From: Chlorokybus atmophyticus
Taxonomy: Eukaryota > Plantae > Mesostigma and Chlorokybus algae
Reading direction: 5' to 3'
Length of the DNA: 64,000 nucleotides
Assembly: GCA_009103225.1 (NCBI GenBank)
Contig: RHPI01002503.1
Span: forward strand, 563,585-627,584
This document shows, piece after piece, positions 12,601 to 24,349 of this stretch (positions within the stretch are counted from its first letter, which is position 1; every line of letters starts with the position of its first letter). The position numbers were made by a program, and so were the translations under genes. The notes under the pieces were generated by a model. It was given only the letters and a program-made list of their open reading frames with translations. It searched no databases and was not told the origin of the DNA.

Positions 12601-13591
12601 GCTGAACTCAATGGAGGCGTAAATTGAGAGTACACACTGCTACCACCTTGGGAGCCTGCCCTACCACCACCACCAGTTACACCTACAGCTCTTGATATGG
12701 ACTGCCTCGCTGGTGTGCCGCTCGTGTGTCGGCCGATTTGTGGCCTCCCCACAGGTTGAACAGCCACATACTCCCCCTGCGAGTGCACGTTATTAAGGGA
12801 TTGCGGTGCACATGCTGCACAACCTTGCATCTCAATACTTACATCTGGTGTTTGGATGTACATTGTGTGTGTGGCCTGGACTGCTTCTCTGTGTATGGGT
12901 GCACCAGCCGGCACTAACTCAGGTTCTACACAGTGCTCATGGTTCTGCGAGTCCAAACCAGGTGCCTCCTCATGCAGCTGGTTCAGGTCGCCTGCTGGTG
13001 GGCTTGCATCTGAGGCAGGCTGCTCGGATTCAGGGGCACTGGACTGGTCGGGCGTCGCAAGTGTTGAAGCTACCGACACTGGCGGCGCAGAGTTAGCCTT
13101 TTCAACAAACTCACCCTGCGTAAGACATCATTCAACGCAATGCATGACACACCCAACAGCACAGAGCGTCGCGTCCACCACCCACTCACCTCAACTTTGG
13201 TGAGGCTATCGTTTTCAGGGTCCAGACGCCACATGCACCCGTGCGTTAATGCGTACAGCTGCACCGTGTACAATGACTGCAAGCTGCTCAACTTGCAATC
13301 CCTACGCACAGTTCCCCACATAGCATCTTGACGCTGGCGACAACGGGTCACCGAATCCTTCTGTGCTGTAGCGTGTGCTTTGCGCTTGGCCACATCGTTT
13401 ACCAACGTTTTAGTAGCACTGGCATGAGCTTTGCGCTTCTCCTTCTGCTTCTTACGCGGCCCCTCCTTCGACACCTGCTCCAGCTCGTCACTAGCAGGTA
13501 TGGACTGGGGCTGCACCTGACTGAGCGGCCCATCAGTGGCTGCCCCAGCCTCCACACATTCGTCGGCGCCGGCAGCCACGGCGTCGCCCAT
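6639..13591 (-). CDS. AcademX-type transposase / XPG-like nuclease / Cys-rich finger protein (~2,122 aa, 8 exons)
   Basis: Phase-consistent GT-AG exons 13591-13190, 13115-12590, 12531-12074, 11987-11808, 11719-10608, 10541-10376, 10240-6934 and 6856-6639 total 6,369 nt. Transposase-like motifs: LLNQLCICVSKPTLNR, SIDNWD, VGGDQKT, FVGDWH, AIDEAHETLINRDLK. XPG-like motifs: ISEGMFM, HIIFDE, CNHAEADSRVWVHA, IYSPDTD, TGSDYTSFLAGLSK. C-terminal GCGCKTGCKSKQCRCKRTGTQCSRACRCLNC. Confidence 0.8.
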
Positions 13592-16431
13592 CCCGCCGCC
13601 CACCACGCCGACCACTACGCACCACACTGACGCCAAGTCTCACAATTCGTGATCTATCTTTCAACTGATCAGCAGGGTGAGGCGGCTACGCAGGCTGACA
13701 TTCGGCAATGCGCGGAAAACGCGCCCACGCGTTCGCAACACAAGAGTGCGGCTAGTCACTTGCATATCACTCCCATGTCACAAAGGACGGTCACTGCGAG
13801 CACAGATCGAGGCCACTCGATGCCCACCATATCGGACGGACGCCCCTAAAGCTCGAGCCGGCTGCATACTGGGCCTTCGGACTGTATAACCAGCAACTCT
13901 TGGCATGCTCCGTACCCGCGATGCGCATCATTGCTCCAAATACCTCACTGACCTGCGCACACCTGCGTTCTGCTGCCACAGTCTGTCACGGAGCGCGTCA
14001 GGGCTGTCACGCAGCAGATACGGATTTAACCGCCCAAAAAGGCTCAACCGTACTCAATGCGGAGGTCCCCAGCCTACAGCCGCTGGAACGCATCATGGCG
14101 GCACGGATGCACTGCACAGCGTCCAACTTCAACTACTAACGGCATGCCTGTCCTATAGCAAAAAGGTACCGCTGCAAACAAGTTATATACGCCCAGGGTC
14201 GGATGCAGTCGGTCAACAACCGCGATTCGCAATGGCCTACAGTGGCCCTTCCCGTATAACAGACCGGAAGCCACTGGCAGACTTAAAGCACTTGTTGTTG
14301 AGGAGTCCAACTTGGGACTGCCGTTTGTTCAGTACGCTGTCAGTGACTGTAACAGTAGCACATTCCCAGAACATGCGTCGCCGCCGGGCAACAAAGACCC
14401 TACACCACCTCGGAGCCATCATCTGTGGAATGGACAGGCAGGTGTTTGGGTGCTGTGGATGCGGCGGAGTACAAACCAATATAACAGCAGCGCAATGCAC
14501 ATGAAGGCGGGCCATGTGGCTTGTCTGGGAGAGAGAGGGAGGGAAGTGGAGGGAGGGAAAGGTCTAGCGTATCGGCATTGGCTGGTTGGCTAGAGGCAAT
14601 ACACTGATGGTTCGTGTAAGACAGTACCGGATTGGGCACTGTGTTCGTGTGTATTGGAGCATGCCTGGTGGCCACCAATCTTTGCTGTTCAGCCATGCCT
14701 TGGTGCAGTGTTGAGCAACAACAACTGTGCTGCTAGGCTTGCCAGAACGGGCAAGGCTTGAAGTGTGCAACACAGCTGGAAGCTTGTAAAAAGTACTGGT
14801 CTAAAGTACTAGTGTCAACGCGATGAGACTCGGACAGCAGTCTCAGACTGTCTCCCGTTTTGCTTCTCATGTTTTGTACTGGCAAGCAGTTCGGAGCGTC
14901 CTTTGGACACCCTGACTGAGCCCGGTCCAGGGCGCGCACAAGGAGCTGACTGAAGGATGCCTCCCTCCAGTGAATCCGGTAGCAGAGATGACGCCTCACA
15001 GGTGGGTGAGAGGGTGAAGCTGTGTGTGATGTGACGACAGCTCCGGGTATGCGTTTTAAAGTCTATGTCAGAATGCTGTTGTTAGCGTAGACTGAAAGAA
15101 TGTGAATCTGGGTGATTGCGGCTTGAAGTCCTGTCAGTTTGTTGTTTCAACTGTGACAGAAGCAGCCTACAAGCGATTTTGGTTGTGAGCCGTTGCACAG
15201 TACACTGACTAGAATGAGTTCTGTGTCCCGGCAGAGTGCAGTGTTGTGTTGCTACAGTTGTAGCTTGCGCACAGGTTGAGACTTGGTGTGACACTCGGCA
15301 CGGGGCCGTCCCTAGACACGAGCTTTCATCACGGAAGCTCGGCGCTAAGCTTAAAACCTCAAACATACAGTCGTTTTAGCGCTTAGCAGCACTTTGTATG
15401 AAACCGTGCATCTCAGCCAGTCACCCACTGACTGACTGAAATGCACTCCTCCACAATAGAGGTCTGCAGCTCGTCAAGCGCACAGCTGGTAGTCGTATAC
15501 TATTCTAGTGTACAATGTAGCAGCGGACTTGTGCACATGCGTTGCGCCAATTGTGCCAAGGAGGCATGCAATTGCGTAGTCAACGTGCGTGCCAGCATGT
15601 GCATGCTTCTCGAAGTGATAGCATACTGTGCTTCGTAGGCGCACTCCCACGTCCACACCAGCTGTTGGGTAGCGTACGTGCATCGGATAAGCGTTGGCCT
15701 GTTGCTTCAAGACAGCCGGCTTTATGCCGGCTCCTCAGGAAGCACTAGCAAGTGTGCAGCTCAGCCCAGGCTGGTCACTGTGCTTGTTGCCTACCTCGGC
15801 TCGTTGATTCAAACGCTAGCACAAACTAAGCTTTTGCACAGGATCATGCGGCCAAAAAGTGTGCTAGTCAGTGGTAACTTGTATGCTGCAGACGCGGTCC
15901 TGGCACACACACGTAATTTGCGCATGAGGACATTGGCGATCGTTTCAGTACGCACAGACCATGTGTATCTATGTGCACATCTGGTGTGCGCGTACTACAA
16001 ATATCACCTATTGTAAGGCCCACTACCGACACTGTACGACCAATCGTTTGTTAGACTGAGCTTGACCTGTGGGAACGCTGCCCCACTGGCCTTTTCCTCA
16101 CTTTGCAACATCACCCACCACAACACATATGCGCTTCGCATTTACTGTACAGTGTCATCAGCATGTGTTGCACAACCCTGCGATACCCATGAACAGCTGT
16201 AAGTAACTAGTACTACTGTTTCGAGCAGTGCGATAGAGGGCATACGCAAACAAGCAGGAATACAAAATCTGCAGCTACCGTAGCGGCAGATATTGAGTGC
16301 CGTATGTTGTGACAGTGATTATGTGAATACGTGCGCCTTAGATATGCATGAAAATTGGATGACTGCGAGGTATGCAGACATGTTATGACTGCAACAACAT
16401 GACTCACTGGTTGCATTGTCTCTGTCTGCAG

Positions 16432-19400
16432 GCATCTGGGCTCTCCCATGATCAAGGTGATCAAGCCACCGTGAAGGACCTACTGAAGAAGGACTCCAGC
16501 ATACAGGATGCAGTGTTTGGCGTGTTGTACACGCTGTCAAAAGAGAAGTACGCCCAGTCGAGGAAGTTCGCCATCGCGGCAATCATCCTCGACTTTGTTC
16601 AGATGGTGGTGTTCATGATTGGCGCGCCCTTCCCATGGCACTTCAACACCGACAATGTCTTATTCAAAGTCGTGAACTACATCCAGCTGAACAATCCCCT
16701 CGTTGCCCTCGGGTACTGTCTCCTTTGCTTTGTTCCTTAGCAAGAAGCAGCGACCTGCACTGCATATTTGTCTGCATGTCTATATCTACGGTGTCATCTT
16801 GTATGTCACATTTGCAGACAAGTACAGACAATGTGCTGACAAGTACATGTGTGCACGTGCGCATCTGAGCGCTTGTGCGGTTTGCCTGCTGGGTGGGGTT
16901 TAGTTGTTGAGGGAGCGGCAACTTGTGATGCTCACAGTCTGCTGCTTGTTGTGCAGGTACCCATACTTCTTGGTTGTATTTCTTCTGTTGTCCTTGATGT
17001 TGGTAGCGAGTGCGGCAATGTGTGTGTTCGTGGCGCACAACTTCAAGACGGGGCACTTTCCTTTTGTATGGCCGATCAAGGTGCTGCGATTCTTCATCAG
17101 CATCTTCTTCAGCGTGTTCTACATATCCTCGCTCAACACCTTCATGGTGGCCTTCGATGCCAAGATCAAAAACCTGCCGCTCGGGCAGCTACCTTACCTA
17201 GAAGCCTTCCCCACCAAACACATCTTTGACACAGGCAACCTCATGCTGTCGGGCTTCGGCATCCTCATGTGTGTTGTCTTCTTCGTCATTGCGCTGCTGC
17301 TGGAGCTGGCCAACTCCGAGCAAGACCCATTGACAAACAACCTCCTCGGAACGCCTGACTCAAAAGAGGGCACCATCCTGTTCCTGCTCAAGACGCTGAT
17401 GACAATCGTGGCCACACTGGTGTCGGACCCCGAGTACATGAAGATCCAGGCATTGGTGCTGTGCCTAGCTTCCTGGTTGATACAGTACAGGCAGCTGCGC
17501 TGGGTGCCCTGCTACTCTCCTTTCATCAACCGGCTGCGCTCCGCCCTCTTCTCCTCCCTTGCGATGCAGGCCGGCGTGCTCATCCTGCTCGTGTTCTTCC
17601 CGTCCGCCTCCACCGAGCTCACCATCGTTATGGCCGTCCTCTCGATGCTGGCGGTGCCTGCTGGCTGGTACGCCGCCAATGCACGGTTGAAGAGGTCTAT
17701 CAGTGTTGCCAGCAAGTTCCTGAACAAGCCCGTCAAGGCCCCTGAAGACGACGAGGAGGAGTATATCCATGAGTTCAGGGACCCTCAGGAGGTGGAAATC
17801 TGCTCGCGATGCCTGCAGGTAAGAGGACCCAACAGTCACCGCACTGGAGAGAGCCGCCGTTGAACTTTGTTTTGTTATTTAAACTGCATACCCATCTGTC
17901 CGGTTCGTTGCTGCCTTACAGGAGGATCAGCGTAAGCGCAAGCGGGTGATGATTCCCAATGAGGCCCAGCTCAATGCCGCCGAATTGATCCTCCTCACAG
18001 GACTGACGCAGTTCCCCGACTCCGCGCTCCTCCACATAATCTATGCTTCTTTCTTGATAAGCCTTCGCCACAACAACTCCCAGGCTCAGTTCCACATGGA
18101 GCGGGCCCGAAGCCTCAACCCCGGTGCCAGAGAGCGGTTCATGATATTTGTAAGGGACAGGGAGCGAAAGCACTCTGCGCAGAGCGAGAGCACGGGGGAA
18201 GCGAGCATGGACCTGGTCTCGTACGTTGAATTTCAAAACAATTATAACCTCAGCCTCGCGTCTCACAGGTAATATAGCATCAGCCCTCCCCCCTTCCCCC
18301 CCCACCCCCCACCCCCACACNNNNNNNNNNNNNNNNNNNNNNNNNNNNNNNNNNNNNNNNNNNNNNNNNNNNNNNNNNNNNNNNNNNNNNNNNNNNNNNN
18401 NNNNNNNNNNNNNNNNNNNNNNNNNNNNNNNNNNNNNNNNNNNNNNNNNNNNNNNNNNNNNNNNNNNNNNNNNNNNNNNNNNNNNNNNNNNNNNCCACAC
18501 CCCCGCCCACACACGCACGCACACGCACACACCAGAGAGAGATGCTTGCGCATGTGTACGTGTGTGTCTGAGAAAGACCACCTGTATGGTCTCTCGCTCA
18601 ACTACGCACACACGCACGTCAGCTTGATGGCATGATAACGGTCTGGTGCATGTAGGCTGGCGCTGAAGGCGACACGGCGTTTCTGGCGGGTTGTCATCGG
18701 CCATGACGTGACATTCAGAGCGCTGTCGTCGGCGTTCAACAACATAGACTCTGCGGAGAGCAAGGCCAACAAGGCGTACCGCGCGGTGCTGGAGCGGTAC
18801 CCGCGAAGCGTGAAGCTGCTGCGGTCGTATGCATGTTTCCTGGAGGAGGTGCGCAACGACCCGTGGGGCGCGCGCAAGTACTACAATGAGGCGGACAGGC
18901 AGGAGGAGGCGCTGGCGCAGGCCAACCAGGAGGCGGGGCAGGGCGGCGAGGGCCGCATTGATGACAGCAAGGACGGCATTGTGGTCATCAACAAGGTCGG
19001 CATCATCCAGTTTACCAACAAGGTCACGCTGAAACTGTTCGGGTACAAGAAGGACGAGCTCTGGGGGAAGAACGTGCGAATCCTCATGCCTCAGGTAAGT
19101 GTTGACTCAATTGTGACTGACCTTCAGTTGACATAATGCCCGTGCCTTACGTCGGCTTCCTCCTCTCATGTCTCAGCCATACTCCGGACAGCACGACAGC
19201 TACATCACCGCCTACAACACCACGGGCAAGGCTAAAATTATCGGCACCACGCGCGCACTGGAAGCAAAGCACAAGGAGGGCCACACGTTCCCGGTCGCCC
19301 TATCGGTCACCAAGGTGGAAACCAACGGTGATACTTCCTTCACGGGCGTGTTGCGTCCTGTCGAGGACGGCGACACGGCTACTGTCACGCTGTCATTACC

Positions 19401-22400
19401 TAACTGCACGGTCCAAGCCGTCAACAAGGTCTTCTCCAACATGTTTGGGTACAAGGTTGGCGACATTGTCGGGAAGAACATCCGCAAACTCATCGCGCAG
19501 CGCCACCTTCCGGCGTTGGCAAATGTTAGAGAATATCTGGCACAGTTTGAAATACCAACTGATGAGAACGGTGAAGTTGCTGCTGCGAAAAAGTCCAAAC
19601 TGGACGCCGTGCACAAGTCAGGTGATGAGTTTCCGATATCAATGGAAGTAGTGGCCAGACAGGGAGAGGCAGCAGACTCGGGCCTGTTGGAATTGCGGAT
19701 TCAATCGCTGAATGATCAATTGGGCATCCTGACAATTGACGTGCGGGGCCAGATTGTGTCCGCCAACAAGCAAGTGTGCGCGATGTTTGGCCACAGCGAA
19801 GAGGGTCTCCTGGCCATGAACGTGTCGCAAGTTATGCCGCTGCCTTACTCGAGATTTCACTCGATGTACTTGAGAAGGTTTGCTGCGACCGGGAAGGGCA
19901 GCAGCCGTGTGATAGGTACTGTAGGCCGCACTGTCATGGGCCTCCATCGCGACGGCAGCACCTTTGCGATGGCTCTGGAGGTGAGAGAGATTAGGGACGA
20001 AATCACCAATGCGCGCTTGTTCTCCGGACGCATCACCTTGGCCGACCCTCGCCGCCGCGATGTCAACCGCGTGGATTCGATAACCACATTTGACGGTGAC
20101 ATCAAGAGTGCCTCCGAGTCATCGATAGATATGCTGGGCAGCGCTTCCACAGAGCTTGAAGGGATGTACGCTGTGGACATTCTGGACTTCCCTGATGGCG
20201 AGAGGGTCCCCTTGAATGAGCGCTTGGCCAAGCGCATGCAAGAATTGCGGGGGGTTGCATGCTGGACAGCGCAAGCAAAGCAAGCAAACGGCAGCTCTGT
20301 ACCTGTCTCAGTTGTCATAGAAGAGGCCGAGTACGATGCTGAGCCTGTTGTCTCAGCCCAGTTGTGGGCTTTGTCTTTGCTGGAGGGCGTGATCGGCATC
20401 AATGACCTCGGAGTGATCACGCAAGCAAACAGAGGCGTAGAGCTTATGTGCGGTTATAGCAATCGTGAGCTCGTCGGCAGCAATGTCACCAAGCTCATGC
20501 CGCCTGAAGTGGCTGCCGAGCACGGGAACTACCTGGCGGCATATAAGGCGACAGGCAAGAAGAAGGTTATCAACATGCGGCGTCCCGTCATGGCCGTCCA
20601 CAAAGACGGTTCCTCCATCTGCATTGACTTGGAGGTGGCTGAAGTCGGCCGCGCAACCGCCGGCCTCGCAGATGGCACCGTGTATATTGCACGCCTAGTG
20701 GTGGGCCAGCCAGGGGAAGAGGCTCTTGCAGCTGCCAACAGCAGCAGCAAACCTGGCGGCCTCGCTCGCGGTGTTAATGACCGTCTTATGCGGGCTTCAG
20801 AGTCCGAGGATGCGGTGCGCAAACGTCCAGCACTCGCCAATCTACCCAGCCCCAACGCCGAGCGAGCGCAAGTAACGCACAAGCAGCAGCTGATGCCAGC
20901 ACCGAGATTGCCGGGAAGGAGCTCTCCTTCATTGAACGGGCTTCCATTGATATCGGATGGAGGCGTTGCGCGCATGGGTGCGCACCTGCCCTACGCTTTG
21001 GAGGCGTTTATAAAGGACCGTATGGACGACATACCGGACGCTCTGCCGGATAAACATTCTCCACCTGCAGGCGACGCAGTTGAAGGTCCACTATCACCTG
21101 GAAGGTCATTGCAATCTTGCGCAACAGGCAATTTAGCTCGCATACCTACTGCTACTTTGCAAACTCACGCGCCCGCTGTCTTGCAGAAAGGCTGTACGTT
21201 TCTCGTTGACCGACGATGATGCTGACGATGGTCCAACAACCAAAGCATGTACGTCGGTGTCAATGTAACCTCCAGTGCTCACGGTCTGTGGCAGTGAATT
21301 GCTGATCGGCTCCATGCAACAGCTCCAAGAGATGACAAGGAAAGAGAGCTGCGGCTGGATGCGCTATGCGAGGAACCAAACCCAGCAAGTCCCACTGTTG
21401 ACGAGAGCGAGCGTATGTCTGCTGTTGACCCCTCTGAGGTGAGCACTGCACAGAGACGCGTATGAGATCAAACAGAGCAACCGCTCAGCAAGGGCACTCC
21501 CAATGAGGACTATGTTTTCGTTTTTCAATCCCAGGTGACGGACTCCGAGTACGACAGCAAGGATGGAGGGGGAGCCAACTTCCAGAGGGCTAAGCGATAT
21601 CGCTCCATTCTCAAGCTAGTCAGCAACAGCAAGATGAGAGGCGCGATCGCCGCTCTGGTTTTTCACACCCGCATCATCGCAATTATCCTGGTGCTATCGC
21701 ATGTCGTCTGCTTCGCTGTCATGCGCACAGAGACGCAGAGTCAGATGAATCTTGAAAGCCAGATCAAGGTTGTGGGCGACGCCACAGTCTACACGCAGCG
21801 CGTGGCCATATATTAACGCACAATTGAACACTATGCAAACGACTTGCTGCAGAGTAATGCGACTGTAGCCGTTGTTGGCGACAACGAACAGAAGATGACG
21901 AAAGCTCTTGATGCACTTGAAGTAGTCCTAAACGGGATGTACCTGGGGTTTAAGAAATTGAAAGAGCCTGACAGCCAGCCGTTGAGAAGGCTATTCGATG
22001 ACCCCATTCTCAACATCACCGAGCTCGCCGACACAACTCCCCCGCGTTACAAACACATGTTGTACGGGCTCTGGGATGCGGCCAAGTTCTACTTGCAAGC
22101 AGGGAGACAGGTGGCCACCCCACACAACCATACGCATGACGAGGACACGGCTGCATGGCAGTATGTAATGACGAACGTACCTGTGATCTGCCCGGCCTTT
22201 GTAGATGCGCAGTACGACGTAGCCGATCGTACCACGCAGCACGTTGTGCGAGTGCAGCACATCCAGACTGTTGTCTACGTTTTAGAGGGAGGCTTTGTCT
22301 GCGTGCTGACGGTGGTGTACCTTTGGACTCTCCTTCGGCGCGTGGCGGAGGAGCGGATTGCCCTCTTCACAGTCTTCCTCTTTGTTCCTCGCCCCATCGT

Positions 22401-23988
22401 GCGCTCTCTCGCCTCGCGTCCCATCTCAATGAGCACGGAAGAGAGCGATGATGAAGCCTCCGACCACGAGTTCCAGAACAAGCAGAACGTTGGCAAGAAG
22501 AATGACGATGACAACATAAACCTTGACGCGGCTTCTCCCAGCAACAACGGTGCTGCAGCCGACAGCAACGATCTTGAGGCCATCAAGCAGAAGGTGCGGC
22601 GCGGATTCAAGACCAATGCGGTTGTACCTATGACAAACATGACAAAGAGCATATCGCTGAACAGCCGGCAGCGGAAGCTTCGAAAGCTCAACAGCAGAGG
22701 CGCCGACTCATACAGATTCCTGATTCCATCAGCGGGCTTCGCGCTCTTGACTCTCGTAAGTTTCATTGTAGGGACATTAGTCCTGAGAGCAAACAAAGCG
22801 CCCCTTGCCGACACAAATGGCGCACAGATGGCGTCCTACCTCAAAACAGCCGTGCGCTTCTACGCCCAGGTGAGGCCATCTGCACACATTGGCTCACTCA
22901 CTCGCTCAATGTCTAAGATTGGAGAAGAGTCGGCATGCAACACTCAAGCACTGCATGCAGACAATTGTCATCACATCTGAAGTAGACAGTGTCATGCAGT
23001 CGCAGCCTTGAAGCCCGGCTGGACCACTATATAGAGAGCTTTAGTGTTACAGCGTTGCTGTGCCATAGTGCGGACAAGCTGTGCAGATGATTTACCTGTT
23101 TCAATGGACAGGAGCTTGTGCTGGCACAGACCAACGGCAATGCTGCTGGGCTGCCAGAGCTCCGGCAGCTGCTTAATAGCACAGCCAACGAGCTGCAGCA
23201 CTACCACGAAGCACTGCTCTACGGCGACCGGAAGCTTGGTCTCAGCGGAGCGCTCTACCGCTACAAAGCCAACATCAACCTGGTAGGCAACCAAGCAAGC
23301 TGGCTTCAAGCTTGGTAGGCAAGTTGCCTACCAAGTGTTTGCTGGGTAGCTTGCCACTCTTATCTTACTTGTGTCTCTGCACAGCTTTTCGGCCACGGGT
23401 GCTTAGCGGCTAACCCTGCCAACTGCTACAACAGCACCGATAAGTGGTACAGCGTCACAAACAACGGGCTCGACGGACTCGTCTACTATTACATACAGCA
23501 GGCGGAGCTGCTGAGCGAAGATGCTGACGCTGATCTCAACTGGGACAATGAGCGCTTCCAATTTCTATGGTGCGCACCTGCTGCCTGTTGTTAAGTGGAT
23601 GCCAGTTGACCTGTGCGTTGAATGGAGCATGCATGCAGGGTCGTTGGCACTAACATTCTAACTGACGCGTTCGACACATACTTGAACAACTACTATTCAA
23701 CCATTCAAGTTCGCTCGCAAACCAATCTTGTGGTTCAGGTGACTAGTCGCTGTTCTATTACGTATCTGTCTTTCAAAACAACTTTACTCATATGACGTAT
23801 CTGCACTGCAGATCATGATATTTGTGGCAATCTGTCTGGGACTCTGCGGCACCTACCTGTATTATCTGAAGCCTTTCTTCGAGCGCACCCATGTCGAGTC
23901 CAAACGTGTGGCCGAACTGCTCTCGCAACTGCCTACCACAATCAAGATAGAGCAGATCATCCAGGAAGCGGACTCCAGCAAGCAGTAG
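16432..23988 (+). CDS. FixL-like (FXL) / TmcB-C-type multi-PAS membrane protein; first exon not located; spans an N gap in an intron
   Basis: N-terminal VFGVLYTLSKEK plus a multi-TM block, then a helical region (AYRAVLERYPRSVKLLRSYACFLEEV). PAS repeats carry the FixL heme-His signature: LMPQPYSGQHDSYI..TTGKAKIIG..HKEGHTFP, VMPLPYSRFHSMYL..HRDGSTF and LMPPEVAAEHGNYL..HKDG. Further TM segments follow; stop TAG at 23986-23988. Confidence 0.8.
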
Positions 23989-24349
23989 CTTTCTGTTTGT
24001 TAGTCTGACCCTCACCATTTGCTAAACGTGCTGCGTACCTGTAGTGTAGGTGATAGCAAGAATATGCAGCAACCGAGAAAAACATTGAGCCGCGCAGCAG
24101 CTCAAGCTATAGGGTTAGACGAATGTGATGCACAGTTGTGTAATAAGAGCAACGCACAGTTGCTTAACAAGTGTAGATTTTGTAGACTACGTATAATCTG
24201 AACTAGAGTGGATGTAACACGGCCACCAGCCATGCATGCAACGTCATTGTACTATGCACATCATACCAGCGCAATGACAATCTGAACTTCTCAATCAGTT
24301 GGACTGCTCGGAGGTTACTGTTTGTTATTGTGCTGTATGACCATGTGAC

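Larger units (their letters stand above)
6000..13700 (-). mobile_element. Putative autonomous Academ (AcademX) DNA transposon; ends not resolved, coordinates approximate
   Basis: Inferred from the domain architecture of the encoded protein and its position in a ~14-kb stretch lacking recognisable host genes, next to MITEs. No convincing TIR/TSD pair found by eye. Confidence 0.6.

Noticed and set aside
13905-14999. ORFs divergent from the transposase (13905-14504 + and neighbours) as a second element-encoded gene
   Set aside because: No recognisable motifs or consistent exon chain; overlapping frames are equally open.
5636-16045. Weak inverted similarity between 5636-5665 and 16014-16045 as candidate Academ TIRs
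   Set aside because: Only about 60-65% identity over ~28 bp, no TAG/CTA termini and no TSD; compatible with chance.
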